DNA of 64,000 nt from Chiloscyllium plagiosum (lineage: Eukaryota): the NCBI RefSeq assembly GCF_004010195.1, contig NC_057751.1:16543426-16607425 (forward strand), given 5' to 3'. This document shows positions 17,401 through 32,400 of this stretch, one piece after another. The notes below the pieces were generated by a model. That model was not told the origin of the DNA, did not search any database, and worked only from the letters and a program-made list of their open reading frames with translations. Made by a program: the position numbers and the translations under genes. Every line of letters starts with the position of its first letter. The first letter of the stretch is position 1.

Positions 17401-20400
17401 TGGCTCAAGAGCCAGGGACTCTCTCTCCTTTCAACACAACTCCCTCTGGACACTCGGCTCTTGCAAGCACTGGAGAAGCAAATTATTGCAGATGCTGGAA
17501 TATGTACTGGAACCGCCAAATGCTGGAGAGCACAGCAGGTCAGGCAGTATCCATGGAGAGAGAAAGAGAGAGAGCAACCTCGCGTTTTGAGTCTGAGGTT
17601 GGACTGGTTAAAAATCACCAGTTATAGTCCAACAGGCTTATTTGAAAATACAAGCTTTCATAGAGTCATAGAGATGTACAGCACGGAAACAGACCCTTCA
17701 GTCCAACGCGTCCATGCCGACCCAGATATCCCAACCCAATCTAGTCCCACCTGCCAGCACCCGGCCCGTATCCCTCCAAACCCTTCCTATACCCAGGTAA
17801 AAACAATGACTGCAGATGCTGGAAACCAGATTCTGGATCAGTGGTGCTGGAAAAGCACAGCAGTTTAGGCAGCATCCGAGGAGTAGTAAAATCGCCATTT
17901 CGGGCAAAAGCCATTTTCCTGATGAAGGGCTTTTGCCCGAAACGTCGATTTTGCTGTTCCTTGGATGCTGCCTGAACTGTTGTGCTTTTCCAGCACCACT
18001 AATCCAGAATGTTCATATACCCATCCAAATGCCTCTTAAATGTTGCAGTTGTACCAGCCTCCACCACTTCCTCTGGCAGCTCATTCCATACACATACCAC
18101 CCTCTGCGTGAAAAAGTTGCCCTTTAGGTCCCTTTTATATCTTTCCCCTCTCACCCTAAACCTATGTCCGTCTAGTTCTGGACTCCCCCACCCCAGGGAA
18201 AAGATTTGTCTATTTATCCTATCCATGCCCCCTCATGATTTTATAAACCTCTATAAGGTCACCCCTTAGCCTCCGACGCTCCAGGGAAAACAGCCCCAGC
18301 CTGTTCAGTCACTCCCCATGGCTCAAATCCTCCATCCCTGGCAACATCCTTGTAAATCTTTTCTGAACCCTTTCACGACATACAGATAGCTAGTTTCAAG
18401 TTTAGATGACTCTTCATCAGATCTGGTGTGAAGTGTGGGAGGGGACAGCATTTATGCTATAGTGGGAGAGTGAGGGTGGAGTGCCGGTGGAGAAAGGGTG
18501 CTGATCGTACAGAGTAACCGATCGAAATTGAGAATAGCAGAACGATGGTGTGTCTAACCGCTAGGCTGGAAAGAACGGACACAGTCTGACTGTGGTGGGG
18601 GCAGGGGAGAGAGGACATGGTGACTGAGAATATAACAAGTAAAGCCAGGAGAGAGAGAGAGAGAGAGAGAAGGAATGGGAGTGGGTTCACAATCCAAAGG
18701 TATTGAACTCCATATTAAGTCCAGAAGGTTGTAAAGTGCCTAGTCTGAAGATGGGATGTTGTTCCTCCAGTTGGCGCTGTGATTCACAGGAGCTTTGCAG
18801 CATGCCAAGGACAGACAAGTGGGCATGCGAGCAGGATGCTGTTTTAAACTAACTGGCTACAGGAAGTCAAAAATCACACAACACCAGGTTATAGTCCAAC
18901 AGGTTTAATTGGAAGCACACTAGCTTTCGGAGCGACGCTCCTTCGTCAGGTGATAGTGGAGGGCTCGATCGTAACACAGAATTTATAGCAAAAATTTACA
19001 ATGTGATGTAACTGGAATTATACATTGAAAAATTGATTGTCTGTTAAGCCTTTCATCTGTTCGANNTTGCTATAAATTCTGTGTTACGATCGAGTCCTCC
19101 ACTATCACCTGACGAAGGAGCGTCGCTCCGAAAGCTAGTGTGCTTCCAATTAAACCTGTCGGACTCTAACCTGGTGGTGTGTGATTTTTAACTTTGTACA
19201 CCCCAGTCCAACACCGGCATCTCCACATCATGGCTACAGGAAGGTCAGGGTCATGCTTGCGCACTGACTGGAGGTGTTCCGCAAAGTGGTCACGCAGCCC
19301 GAGTTTGGTTTCTCCAACGTAGAGCAGACAATGGGTACAGTTGACCAGATTGAAAGAGGTACAGACGAAATGCTGCTTCATCTGGAAATCCTGTTCAGGC
19401 TCTTGGGTGGTGAGCAGGGAGGTGGTGTTGGGAAGTGCGGGTGGCGTTGGTGATAATTGAGGAATGCACTAGGGTGTCCCAGCGGGAGCAGTTCCTGCGA
19501 AATGAGGGGAAGATGCGTTTGATGGTGGCGTTCTGTTGTAGTTGTCTGAAAGAACTGTTTGCTGAGGCACGCCTAGGTTATCTTGCGGGTTGCATGTTTG
19601 CACATGAAAGAAGGATGTAATAATAGAGATGTACAGCACCGAAACAGAACTTTTGGTCCAACTCGCACATGCTGACCACATATCCTAAACTGATCGAGTC
19701 TCATTTGCCAGCATATGGCCCATGTCCTGACAAATCGTTCCTATTTATATACTCATCCAAATGCCTTTTTAATGTTGTAATTGTATCTACCCCACACCAC
19801 CTCCTTGGGCAGCTTGTTCCACACATGCACTACCCTGTGTCTGAAAACGTCACGCCGCAGGTCGCTTTCATATCTTTCCCCCCTCACCATAAATCTGTGC
19901 CCTCTAATTTTGTATTCCTCTACCCTGGGGGAAAAACCTTTAGGCTATTTGCCCTACCCATTGCCCTTCATGATTTTATAAACCTCTATAAGGTCACCCA
20001 TCAGACTCCGACGCTCCAGGGAAAATTGCCCCAACCTATTTGGCCTCTCCCTGTAGCTCAAACCTTCCAACTCTGGCAACATCTTTATAAATCTTTTCTG
20101 CACCCTTTAACAACGTCTTACCTATGAAAAATGTGTTGCTGGAAAAGCACAGCAGGTCAGGCAGCATCCAAGGAGCAGGGGAAATCGACGTTTCGGACAT
20201 AAGCCCTTCTTCAGGTGCTGCCTGACCTGCTGCGCTTTTCCAGCAACACATTTTCAGCTCTGATCTCCAGCATCTGCAGTCCTCACTTTCTCCTAACGTC
20301 TTACCTATAGCAGGGATACCGGAATTTAGCGCAATACTGCAAAAGTGGCCCAACCAATGTCCTATACAGCTGCAACGTCACGCACTGCAGTGTAGATTTG

Positions 20401-23400
20401 TTCGAATTTTAAATAAGGAGTTGGTTCGATGCAATATATTTCTGTCACGGTGATTTTTTTTTTAAAAAAACCTTCTGTGGTCCCTGTTGAGTTTTTTTTT
20501 GAGGGAAGTCCTTTGTTAGGTGATTAAATTAAAGAGGCAATATCATTATTTAAAGAAGCAGACCTTGAGAAAAGAACGCAGCAAATACCGAGGATAGAGA
20601 AAATGACCCAAATTGAAATGGAGCGACTCGCTGTAACGTATAAAACCTGGCAGATGAATCAGATCAAGATAGTGTGCGAGCCACGTGCCAGTGCTTAACT
20701 TAAAACCTTGTTTCGCAACATTATTTGCAGAATGTGGCATAATGGAGGGACATGGAAGTTTTCATTACAGTTAGGATTTGATTTTGATTAGATTAGATTC
20801 GGCCCAACCAGTTCACACCGACCCTCCGAAGAGCAACCCACCCAGACCCATTCCCCTGCATCTAACACTACGGGCAATTTAGCACGGCCAATTCACCCTA
20901 ACCTGCACATCTTTGGACTGTGGGAGGAAACCGGAGCACCCGGAGGAAGCCCACACGGACACAAGGAGAATGTGCAGACTCCACACAGACAGTTGCCCGA
21001 GGCTGGAATCGAACCTGAGACCCTGGTGCTGTGAGGCAGCAGTGCTAACCACTGAGCCACCTTGCCACAAATTTATTGTCACACATATTTTGCAGTAAAT
21101 ATAGCTTTTCACTGTATTTTATTCTATCATTTGTTGCCACAACACAGCACAATTTTTAATCATTTAACAATAAAGGAAAAGAAAGTGTAGCAACTAACTT
21201 ATTTGGGCTGTCAATATATACCAAATCTTTTATCCCGCGTGAAAGATTCAAGGTGTTCAGAATAATTGTGTAAAAGATTTATAGGACTTCTCTTTTAAAA
21301 AAAAAACATGATTTGCACACACTTTTACATCTCGTTGTTCACTTTCTCAGTTTGAGTCATTGCTTGTGTCCGTACTCACGGACAAAGTCTTTGCCGTCGA
21401 CAAAGTCTTTGTTCACGATCTAAATAGAATTCCCCGTTTGCCGTGATAAATCCGATTCCTCGCTGATTCTCAAATGCGACACCATGGAAATTGGATGGGT
21501 GTTGGGAAAAGTCGAGATGAATCTGCGTCATCGACTGTTAGTCTTCATGTTGTCTCCCCACTCTCTGCCCGCCACTCAAAACGTAAATGGTAACAGACCC
21601 TCCTCTCGACTGGATGCTGCCCTTGTCCATGCTGGCCCCTTGCTTCTGCTCCGACTCCCCGCTTCTCTCTCGTCCCCTCCAGAGTCTGTGATCAGAGGAG
21701 CTAGCTCCTCCTGATTCCCTGACCCCCCCCCACACACTCGCTGCTGCTCCCACCTGATCCCTGCCTGTTTTCCTACTTCCCGGGTCTTCTGCCATTCAGC
21801 GTTGGACGACGTGTGTGAGAATTAGGAGCAGCAGTAACTGGTTCAGTCCCTCGAGCCTGCTCCGCCATTCGATTTGATTGTGACCTCAGCACGTCACATA
21901 ATCATGTGAAGAGTTATTAGCAAGTTTTGAGAAGACTTGTAGCTCAGGTTGAGATTCTGGATGTTGGTTTGCTCGTTAAGCTGGAAGGTTCATTACCAGA
22001 CGTTTCGTCACCCTACTCGGTAACATCTTCAGTGGGCCTCAGGCGAAGCACTGCTGATAATTCCTGCTTTCTATTTCTATGTTTGGGTTTCTTTGGGTCA
22101 GTGATGTCATTTCCTGTGGTGGTGTCATTTCCTGTGGTGGTGTCACTTCCTGTGGTGATGTCACTTCCTGATCCTTTTCTTGGGGTGGTAGATGGGGTCT
22201 AGCTCGGTGTGTTTGTTGATGGGAGTTATTGTGTGGAGGTGACTGTTCCTGAATTTGCCCGGCCCCGTCTTGACTTTCCCACTGGCCTGCTCTGGCCTTT
22301 CCATGCTCGTGGTTTCAAAGCTCACGTGCGGCGCTTTGGGATTCCACATCCCGGAAAATGGGGGTGCGTGGTGTCCGCGCGAGTAGGCCCTGGAAAACTG
22401 AGCTCTTTGCTGACCAGGTTTGTGTCTTCCTGCTCCCCAAGGTTGTATAACGAGTCCTGCTCAGAGGAGACAACGAAACAGGACTATCCCAAAAGCTGCT
22501 GCACTGTTCAGGATATCCCATTGGTCAGGTAGGGGCAATTATTCTGTACCTTACCCCCTCCCCCGATAGATATCCGTTTGCAATGAAACACGCACAGCAG
22601 GATCTGTCAGTCCAGCATAGTAAGAAAAATGGTTCACATCTCCTGCGGGGCCTTGCATCAGAACTTTTCAGTGAGGATTTGGGAGAAATAAGTTCTGCCT
22701 AACCCCACTTCCGCCTTCTCCTGAGTTCCAGCCATTTTCTTTTGTTCAGAGTACCATTTCCTTTTGCCTTGACTGAGCGCATTTAGTTTCCCTTTTGCTC
22801 AGAAGGCTTTGGATAATTTAACGCTCTTTGCCAACAGTAGTATTCTCATAAAACTGATGTAGATTTTATTGTCATGTGTACTCAATACAAGAGTACAGTA
22901 AAAGTCTACAATGTCGCCGCACACCGTACCATCTTAGGGACAAATAGCTACAGTACAAAGTAGTAAAAGAGAGAATCAAAGTTAAAAGCATCATTAAAAA
23001 AAATAAGGTGATGGATAACATTAAAGTCATAGAGATGTACAGCATGGAAACAGACCCTTCGGTCCAACCCGTCCATGCCGACCCAGATATCCCAACCCGA
23101 TCTAGTCCCACCTGCCAGCACCCGGCCCATATCCCTCCAAACCCTTCCTATTCATATACCCATCCAAATGCCTCTTAAACGTTGCAATTGTACCAGCCTC
23201 CACCACTTCCTCTGGCAGCTCATTCCATACACGTACCACCCTCTGTGTGAAAACGTTGCCCCTTAGGTCTCTTTTATATCTTTCCCCTCTCACCCTAAAC
23301 CTATGGCCGCTAATTCTGGACTCTCCGACCCCAGGGAAAAGACTTTGCCAAGTCCTCCTAGGAAAACTAGCAAAAATAAAGAAATAAAAGTTAAAAGTTC

Positions 23401-26400
23401 AACAGTCGTTCTTGAGTACTTAGACATAATAGGGCCCCAGTCTCCTCAGCTTACTGACTGGGAGACCCCAGCTGCCTATAATCCAGAAACCTGGATTAAT
23501 GCTCTGGGGACACAAATTCAAATCCCACCAAATTCAGCTGGAACAAAATTCTGGTCTCGCTAATCGCGATCACAATCAATGGGTTGTGGTTCCCCAACAA
23601 AAACCCATCTCGTTCATTAATCTGCTTTCAGGAAGGAAATCTTCCATCCTCACCGGGTCCGGCCTACCTGTCGCTGTGGAGCCGTGACAGTGTCTATGTC
23701 AGGGTCTCGCTTGTATGAAAATACTGCAAGATCCAATTGAATTTATTGGTGACTATCTTCCATGTATGGCTTATTCTGTTTCTGAGGTGATAGCAGATCA
23801 GTTCTGCTTTTGTCTGTACAAATGAGCCCTAGCCTCTTTAATCTATCCTGCCAAGTATAACTGCTTGATTCGGGTTTCATTATAGCTCATTTTATTTGCA
23901 TCGTCTTTCATGCCTCAGGATTGTTTTGTGTAGATAACATTGAGACCAGAATGGTGTGCAGTGCTCACGAGGTCTATATGTGTTCGTTGTAATTTCTCTG
24001 CTTTTCAATCACCCCCCCCCCCCTCCCCCCCAGTGCAATTCAAGCAGTTTTTTGCAACGCTTTGATTAATCTGTGTTTCCGTTGTGCTGGTGTCATCGAT
24101 TAGTGTATCCAGGGCGCTCATTCCCCTTTCGATATTTAGACATCCAAGGTATTTGTGGCCATCCTCTTCTCTTCCCGGCACCTCGCACTTCGGTTTGATG
24201 TTCCTTTACCCCGTGCAGGTCCACGCTGCGTTGTGTCACCCCCTGCACGTTAACTGGAACCACCCAGCTCTCCCCCCCCCAACACATTCCTCTCGGCAGC
24301 AATTCCAGCCCTCCGTCTTCCTGTTCCCTCTTTGTGCTGAGCTAGATATCCGTTCTGCTGCTCACACGCTGCCTCCACAAACCTAGCCTCGGAGAGGCGA
24401 CTGCATTTATCATCGAGGTCTTTCGATGATCGTGGGTGTATTCTGCCTCCTGCAGCTTAGTTTTAATCTGCCTTTTCTGTGCATTCTTTGAAGAATTCAA
24501 CAAGGTTAGAAAAGCCTGACCTTCCCCTTCAAATCCAGGCCAATTCCCTGGCAATCTTTTCAGCTTTCTAGATGTTTTTCTGTTCCATCAATAATGGCCT
24601 TCTGCCATTGATATTAAACTAATCAGTGTTTAGCCCCCAACCCCGGATTCAGTCTATGTCCCTTACACTCGATTTGCTGGTCACTAATTCTCTGACAATG
24701 GTCACTAACTCCCACAAAATGATCCTCATCTGTCCTCCCCGTTGTCTTTTTGCCAATTATCTTAAATCGTCAACAGGAGCAGTGCGCTCTCTGTCAGTTT
24801 TTAGAAATATTACTCAGTCACTGTTAACGTTAAACTGACCGTATTGGAGAATATTCTTTGGCACCCAACTGCACCTGATTATAATTTAACTAAATTGTTT
24901 CCTGTCCCCCTTTTATAAGCGTTTTTGCATTGCTATTAAGTCTTTTCATTTCCCTGAATCGTGTATTTATTGACTCACTGCCCTTCCAAGGCCCAAGTCA
25001 GAAGGGTGTGAGGGAATAATCCCCACTTGCCCTGGATGGGGGGGGGCAGCTCCAACAACACTCGAGAAGCTCGACACCATCCAGGGACAAAGCAGCCCCC
25101 CCGCTCGATTGTCCCCACCCCCACAAACCCCCCACTCCCTCAGCCCCCCCGACGCTCAGTAACAGCAGTGGGTACCATCTACAAGACGTGCTGTAGCAAC
25201 TCCCCCAGGCTCCTCAGACAGCACCTTCCAAACCCCACGGCCACTTCCATCGGGAAGGACAAGGGGCAGCAGGTACATGGGAACACCACCCCCCTGCAAG
25301 TTCCCCTCCGAGCCCCTCACAATCCCGACTCGGTAATCTACCGACCGTTTCTTCAGTGTCGCTGGGTCAGACCTGTGGAACTCCCCGCAACAGCATTGTG
25401 TATTAACCTACACCACGTGGAATGCAATGGTTTAATGAAGGCAGAAATGGAAAACAAGCGCTGGCCTAGCCTGGGTTGCTCCCATTCCTTGACAGAATTA
25501 AAAACAACTCCCCTCCTCCCCTCTCCACTGTCAGGACAGCGGTGTGTTTGCAGACCGTCGTTGTTTGTGAGGGAGTGAGTGAACTCCCTTGGGGCGACCG
25601 TTGCTGTGTGTTTTCTCTGTACTGTCCCCTCCTCACTGTTTGGTACTAAATAAGACGCACTGACGTGACTGAATATAAACCGGGAAAATAAACAATACAC
25701 AACCGCACAGCCTACAGGAGGAAGCAATGAGGCAGTTCTTTTCTCCCACTGTCCCTTACATCACCTCTGAATAACGTGCTTCCAGCCTCTGGCAGATAAT
25801 GTCAGACTTAGCTTTGACAATCATCTTGGTGGTACTCCAGTCATCAATCTGTTGTGTAAATAGCTTTTGGTCAGGGATGTCAGGTACGCTGCAGTCCCAG
25901 TGGTACAAGAGAATAAAGGGAAGCAGTTGTTGAAATGACTCCCTTACTGACTACCTTGTTTTCTTGTATGTTCTCTACAGTAAGTGTGGTTCGTACCCTC
26001 CTGAAAGCTGCCTCTTCAGTTTAATCGGCAACGTGGGGGCTTTTATGGGTGAGTCATTCACTAGTTTGTTACTAAGAGCAGCAGCCGGACTTGTAGCATT
26101 ACCGCATCAGAGAGCTGGACCATTCTTGCTGCTATTCCGAATCGGTTATTATTCCCACCACTTTCGGACAGGGGGTTGGATTTAAAACGGGGCGGTCTGC
26201 TCAGCAGTCTTTGTGCTTCTCAATAACGCCATCGCGCTCAAAATTAGCTTTCGGGCTTTAGTCCAGGATTCGAAAGACAAAGGTCGCAGCTTCAGGGCCA
26301 TTCAGTTCGACATCGAGTTTTACAGCAGGCTGTGTCCGCCCTGCTCATCATAACCATCCATCTATTCTTACCCCATTTCCCAGCACTTGGCCTGTAGCCT

Positions 26401-29400
26401 CATACACTCTGGAGTTGCAAGAGTGCATCTCCCTATTTGGTAAATGTCTCGAGGCTTACGGTTTCCAGACACTCGCCACCCGCTCGGTGAACCTTTTTCC
26501 CTTAAATCCCCTCTGACCTCACCTTCCATCTATGTCCCTTTGTCAATCTGCGTGGCTAGAAGGTAAAGATTCCAGCCAATCTAGCCTCTCCTCATAACTG
26601 AATCGCTCCATCCTGGTGAATCTCCTCTGCACCCCCTGCAGTGTAATATAGTGCGGTGTCCCGAACTGCACACAGTACCCCAGCCGTGGCCTTACAAACG
26701 TTGTACACAGCTCCATCTTAGCCTTTGTATTCAATGCCGGCACTAATAAATGCAAGTATCCCATATGCCTCCTTAACCACTTCCATCTAGAAGGACAAGG
26801 GGCAGCAGATACATGGGAACACCACCCCCCTGCAAGTTCCCCTCCGAGCCCCTCACCGTCCGCGACTTGGAAATATATCTTCGGTGCCGCTGGGTCCAAC
26901 TGCCTTCAAGGGTCTGTGGACATGCCTACCAAGATCCCACTGACCAAGGGTCCCCCATTCGTTGTGTACTCTCTCTAATCCCAACTCTGTCTTAGTCAAT
27001 CCTCCCTCCACGTTCAAACACTACCCCAGCAACCGTGCATCTTATCAGAAGCCTTTCGGAAATTCAACGATATTACGTTTGCTCGTTCTCATTTTTGCCT
27101 TCCACGTTGTGAAGAAAGGTCTGTAGTTCAGGCCAGTCAATAGCTATCCCCTCGTGTATGGGGAGGAAACGATGTTGGATCCTGCGGTTTCAGATTGCAT
27201 GGCTCCAGAGCCTTCCCCGCGATTGCTGTTAACCTGTGCCTCAGATTGGATGTTTCCAGGTTATGTGAATCCTGCCGTGGCCTTGCTTTTCACATAGTCT
27301 TAGAGATGCGCAGCACATAAACAGACCCTTCGGTCCAACACGTCCATGCTGACCAGATACCTTCAATTAATCTAATCCCATTTGTCAGCATTTGGTCCAT
27401 ATTCCTCTCAACCCTTGCAGTCCATGTTTCCATCTTGATGCCTTTTAAATGTTACAATTGTACCAGAAGTTGAATTAAGAAGTTTTGTTGGAAGCAGAAT
27501 ATAGGGATCTTTACTGTTTATCTAACCCCGTGCTGTCCCTGTCCTGGGAGTGTTTGATGGGGGGACAGTGTAGAGCGAGCTTTACTCTGTATCTAACCCC
27601 GTGCTGTCCCTGTCCTGGGAGTGTGTGATGGGTGTCAGTGTAGAGAGAGCTTTACTCTGTATCTAACCCCGTGCTGTCCCTGTCCTGGGAGTGTTTGATG
27701 GGGAGACAGTGTAGAGCGAGCTTTACTCTGTATCTAACCCCGTGCTGCCCCTGTCCTGGGAGTGTTTGATGGGGGGGCAGCAGTGCAGAGGGAGCTGTAA
27801 TCTGTATATAATACTGTGCTGTACATGCACTGCCAGGTGTATATGTTTGATGGGTGACTTTCCAGGACTTTGTAGAGGGGGGCTGTAATCTGTGTATGTC
27901 CAAAACCGGAATACTATATTCAGTTCTGGTCACCTCATTACAGGAAGGATGTGGAAGCTTTAGAGAGGGTGCGGGGGAGATTTATCAGGATGCTGCCTGG
28001 ACTGGAGGGCAGGTCATATGAAGACAGGTTGAGGGAGCTAGGGCTTTTCTCATTGGAGTGAAGAAGGTTGAGAGGTGTGCAAGACGATGAGAGGCACAGA
28101 TAGAGTGGATAGCTAGAGACTTTTCCTGGGGTCGAAGTGGGTATCACGAGGGGAGCATAATGTTAAGTTAATTGGAGGAAGGTTTAGTGGAGATGTAAGT
28201 TCTTTACTCGAGAGTGGTGGGTGTGTGGAATGCACTGCCAGCAGTAGTGGTAGAGTCAGATACTTTCGGGACATTTAAGCCTATCTTGGATAGGCCCGTG
28301 GAAGTTGGTACAATGAAGGGTATGTAGGTTAGTCTGATCTTTAGAGTAGGATAAACAGCCAGCATAATATTGAGGGCCGAAGGGCCTGGACTGTCCTTTG
28401 TTCTGGTGGCTATAGCCTGATGACCAGAGAGACCTATTGCGAATCGACACCACTCAGGCTGAGGTAACACCACACACAAAAAACAAACCCACCGAAGAAA
28501 CCGCGTTTAGGTGAAGGAGCTGTTTACGTCTCGGGACGGGATTGGCTGTGAACACGGCCTGGTGGGAGCTGGCTAGCCTGCTGCTTGTGGCTGTCCTTAC
28601 TGATGGTCACTTGTCTGTCTTCTGTCCTTCCAGTGGTGGTGATCTGTGTCCTCCGCTACGGTCAGATTCTGGAGCGATGCCGCCCCATGTGGATCAACAC
28701 AGGTGCCCTGGTCACCGGCTGCATTAACGCAGTCGGGCTGATCATGGTTGGAAATTTCCAAGTAAGGCCTCCTGTTTTTTTTTATTTAAAAAAAAAATCT
28801 TTGCTTCCCTTCGCCCCGAGTGACAAATGTTTGTTTTCTGCCTGAAACCGAAGCTTTACAGAAAGCGGGAGACGTTGGCAGACCGCCAGTGAGAGATCAG
28901 GTGCGGACGTGTTTATAACACTGCACGCCCCAAATATTATTCAATTGTGTTCCTGTTACATTCCGTCCCTGCGCTCGGTCATTATGTAAACTGCACATCT
29001 GCCTCCTTTCTACTTAGCCAAACCTCATCCTTCCAAACTGCTCTGGAACTGGCCCGTTTCTCAGCAAGAGGCTCGCAATTCCTTTGCGCTCAGCGTTTGT
29101 GCTGTGAGACATTGGGGGGGGGGGGGAGAGAGCCTTTCGATATCCGTGTCCGCACATCCCTGGGAATGATGGAGATGCAGAACCTCATGCGACACGCTCT
29201 CCCATTGCAATGGCGGCTCCTGACCCTTCCAGTGACAATATGTTATGGCGGATTTAAAAAAAAAAAAGGGACTTTTCTTTTGTAGAAAGAATCGAGTCCA
29301 GAAAAGTAGGAGCCTGGATCATGTAAATGAGGTCAAAAGGCAGCATTTTATCCCCTTCCAATGAGAAGCTGTAAATAAAGATTGCTGAAAGGGGACCAGT

Positions 29401-32400
29401 CAGGATTAACTGCAGTTCAGTGTTGCCACCCCTTGTTTTAAGCTCTAACTCTTTTGAAGTTTGTTCACTGGATGCTGACGTGGCTGGCTGGGCCAGCGTT
29501 TATTGTCTGTCCCGAATTGCTCAGTTAACAGTCAGCCACGTTGCTGAGAGTTATGTGTAGGCTAGAACCGGTAAGGATGGCTGATTTCCTTCCCTCAAGG
29601 ACATGAGTGAACCAGGCGGGTTTTTACCACAGGCGGCAGTCCAGCGTTTTACTGAATTCACATTTCGTTAGCTTCTAGCGGTGGAGTTTGATCTCCGGTT
29701 CCCACAGATTGCCAGTCCAGTGACATTACCACGACACTGCCACCTCTCTCCAATACAGCTGAGATATAGAAATACTCTTGAAATGGGGCAACTAATTCAT
29801 CACAACAATCACCATCCAAAAGATCGTCTTAATTCAATGTTATTCTTAAGTTGAAGTTTGTACGTTCTCTGACAAATTATAGGAAAAAGATGAAATGCAC
29901 TAATTCAGGGTTAGCTCTCGTTTAATTATTTGTCCGTTGATGTGTCAATCAAGTCCATGAGTCTTGCGTTTGCAAACGATGCATTCTGCCAGCCTCACTT
30001 GGCACTTTGGCGAAATATTTTGTTCAGAAATGTTGATTTTTTTTTTTTATTTGCAGCTCCCTGTAGCTTTTATTTTGGGTCGATCTAATTAGCTGAAGAA
30101 ACTTGTCAAAATAAAAATGTAGCCAAACCCTGCTCTGCACCGACAATGTAAGTCCTTTAACATCCTTTCGTTTGCGATCCTTTCTCCTGAAGCTGCTGAC
30201 TCCTTGCTTGACGTACAGATTCCTCAGATTTTATCTCGTATCTACGAGACTGCGCCCTTCTCATTAAGAACATAAAACATAGCACAGGAACAGGCCCTTC
30301 GACCCCACTATGCTGTGCTGAACGTGATGCCAAATTAAACTAATCCCTTCTGCTTGCCCTTGGTCCATATTCCACCCCCCTCCTCCATTCCTTTGCACAT
30401 TCATCTGCTGATAAAATCCCTTAAACACCCCTCCTGTATCTGATTCCTCCACCATCCCTGGTAGCGGGTTCCCCACTCCGAACACACTCAGTGCTTTTAA
30501 AACAAAACCTACCCTTCACCTTAAATGTACGCCTTTTCGTATGAGACGTTTCAACTCTGGGAGGAGAAAGGTTCTGACCCTGTCCGTGCGTCTCATAATT
30601 TTTGTCGACTTTTATCAAGTCTTCCCTCAGCTCCAGAGAAAACAACCCGCATTTTTCTAGCCTCTCCTTATAGCTCATACCCTCTAATCCAGGCAGAATC
30701 CCAGTCGTCTGCACCCTCTCCAAAGCCTCCACGTCCTCCCTGTAATGTGGTTCAGATAGACAATGTGATATCTAAAATACAGTGTTCTGAGGACGCCATT
30801 TTATTTATTCACAATGCAGGCTGAGCAAGTCTTTTGTTTTGCTTGTGCCTAATTTCCCCTTGCAAAGGTGATGGTGAGCCTTGATCAGCCGCAGTTCGTG
30901 TGGGTTGAATTTTCCAGTCGAACAGATTCATGACGATCATGGTCCATGCAATCGTCGCAGCTCTTGGACTGGGGTTCGTGCTTCAAGCTGTGTTCCTGTT
31001 TCCCCAGGTTGACCATGTCAAGAGCTTGCATTACATCGGTGCCGGAGTGGCCTTCCCCGCAGGAATGGTCTTTGTCTGCCTCCAGTGCATCCTGACCTAC
31101 AAAGTGGCGATATCCCTTCTGGATCACTGGATAGGCCACATCAGGGCTATCCTCACCATCTTGGCCTTAATCTCTCTCGTCCTCAGTATCCTTACGTCCA
31201 GTCCATCCGCTCAAATGCGTGCAGCGTGACATACAACGGTGGGCTTAATGCGTGCGGGTCTTGGCTTTAGGGCTGGGGTCCTCTGTCATTTATCATATTT
31301 GCCTCCGTTGCTCGGACCTTTTGAGTCTAGCAGTTGGGAAGTTATGCTGAGGTTATAGAGGATGTTAGTGAGACCACCGCTAGAGTACTATGTCCAGTTC
31401 TGGCCATCCCATTTTGGGAATGATATTATCATGCTGCAGAGGGTTTCAGAAGAGATTTACCAGGATGTTGCTGGGAATAGAGGGCTGTGTGTTACAAGGC
31501 GAGGCAGGAGGTTGAGAAGTGACGTTATAGGGATTCATAACAGCGTAAGGGACATACATAAGGTGAATGGCAGCTGTCTTTTCCCTAGGGTGGGGGATTT
31601 TGAGACGAGGGGGCATATTTTAAGGTGAGAGTCATAAAGATGTACAGCACGGAAACAGGTTCAACCCGTCCATACTGACCCAGATATCCTAACCCAATCT
31701 AGTCTTGTTTGCCAGCACCCGGCCCATATCCCTCCAAACCCTTCCTATTCATGTCCCCATCCAGATGCCTTTTAAATGCTGTCATTGTACCAGCCTCCTC
31801 CACATCCTCTGGCAGCTCATTCCATACACATACCACCCTCTNNNNNNNNNNNNNNNNNNNNNNNNNNNNNNNNNNNNNNNNNNNNNNNNNNNNNNNNNNN
31901 NNNNNNNNNNNNNNNNNNNNNNNNNNNNNNNNNNNNNNNNNNNNNNNNNNNNNNNNNNNNNNNNNNNNNNNNNNNNNNNNNNNNNNNNNNNNNNNNNNNN
32001 NNNNNNNNNNNNNNNNNNNNNNNNNNNNNNNNNNNNNNNACTCCACTTTCAAGGAGCTATGAACCTGCACTCCAAGGTCTCTTAGTTCAGCAACACTCCC
32101 CAGGACCTTCCCATTAAGTTGATAAGTCCTGCTCTGATTTGCGGAAAAAGATTTTAAAAAAGACATAAGGGGCAATTTTTTTTTACACAGAGGGTGGTTT
32201 GTGTGTGGGATGAACTTCCTGAGGATGTGGGGACAGTTACAACGTTTGGATAAATACATGAATAAGAAATGTTTGGAGGGATGTGGGCCGGAGCAGGCAG
32301 GTGGGGCTAGTTTAGTTTGGGAATGTGGTCAGCACGGACTAGTTGGAGCGAAGGGCCTGTTTCCCTGCTCTGTGACTGTGGGCCCTCGCCAGCGACGTTG

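Noticed and set aside
25027..25578. 183-aa ORF; similarly 57726-58442 (238 aa) and 59270-59809 (179 aa)
   Set aside because: These are off-frame readings of LINE/Penelope remnants or intronic sequence, with no recognisable domain or splice support.
30930..31229. ORF extending TMEM150A exon 6 in both directions
   Set aside because: Homology stops at the splice sites 31008 and 31185; the extension past GTATCCTT is intronic.
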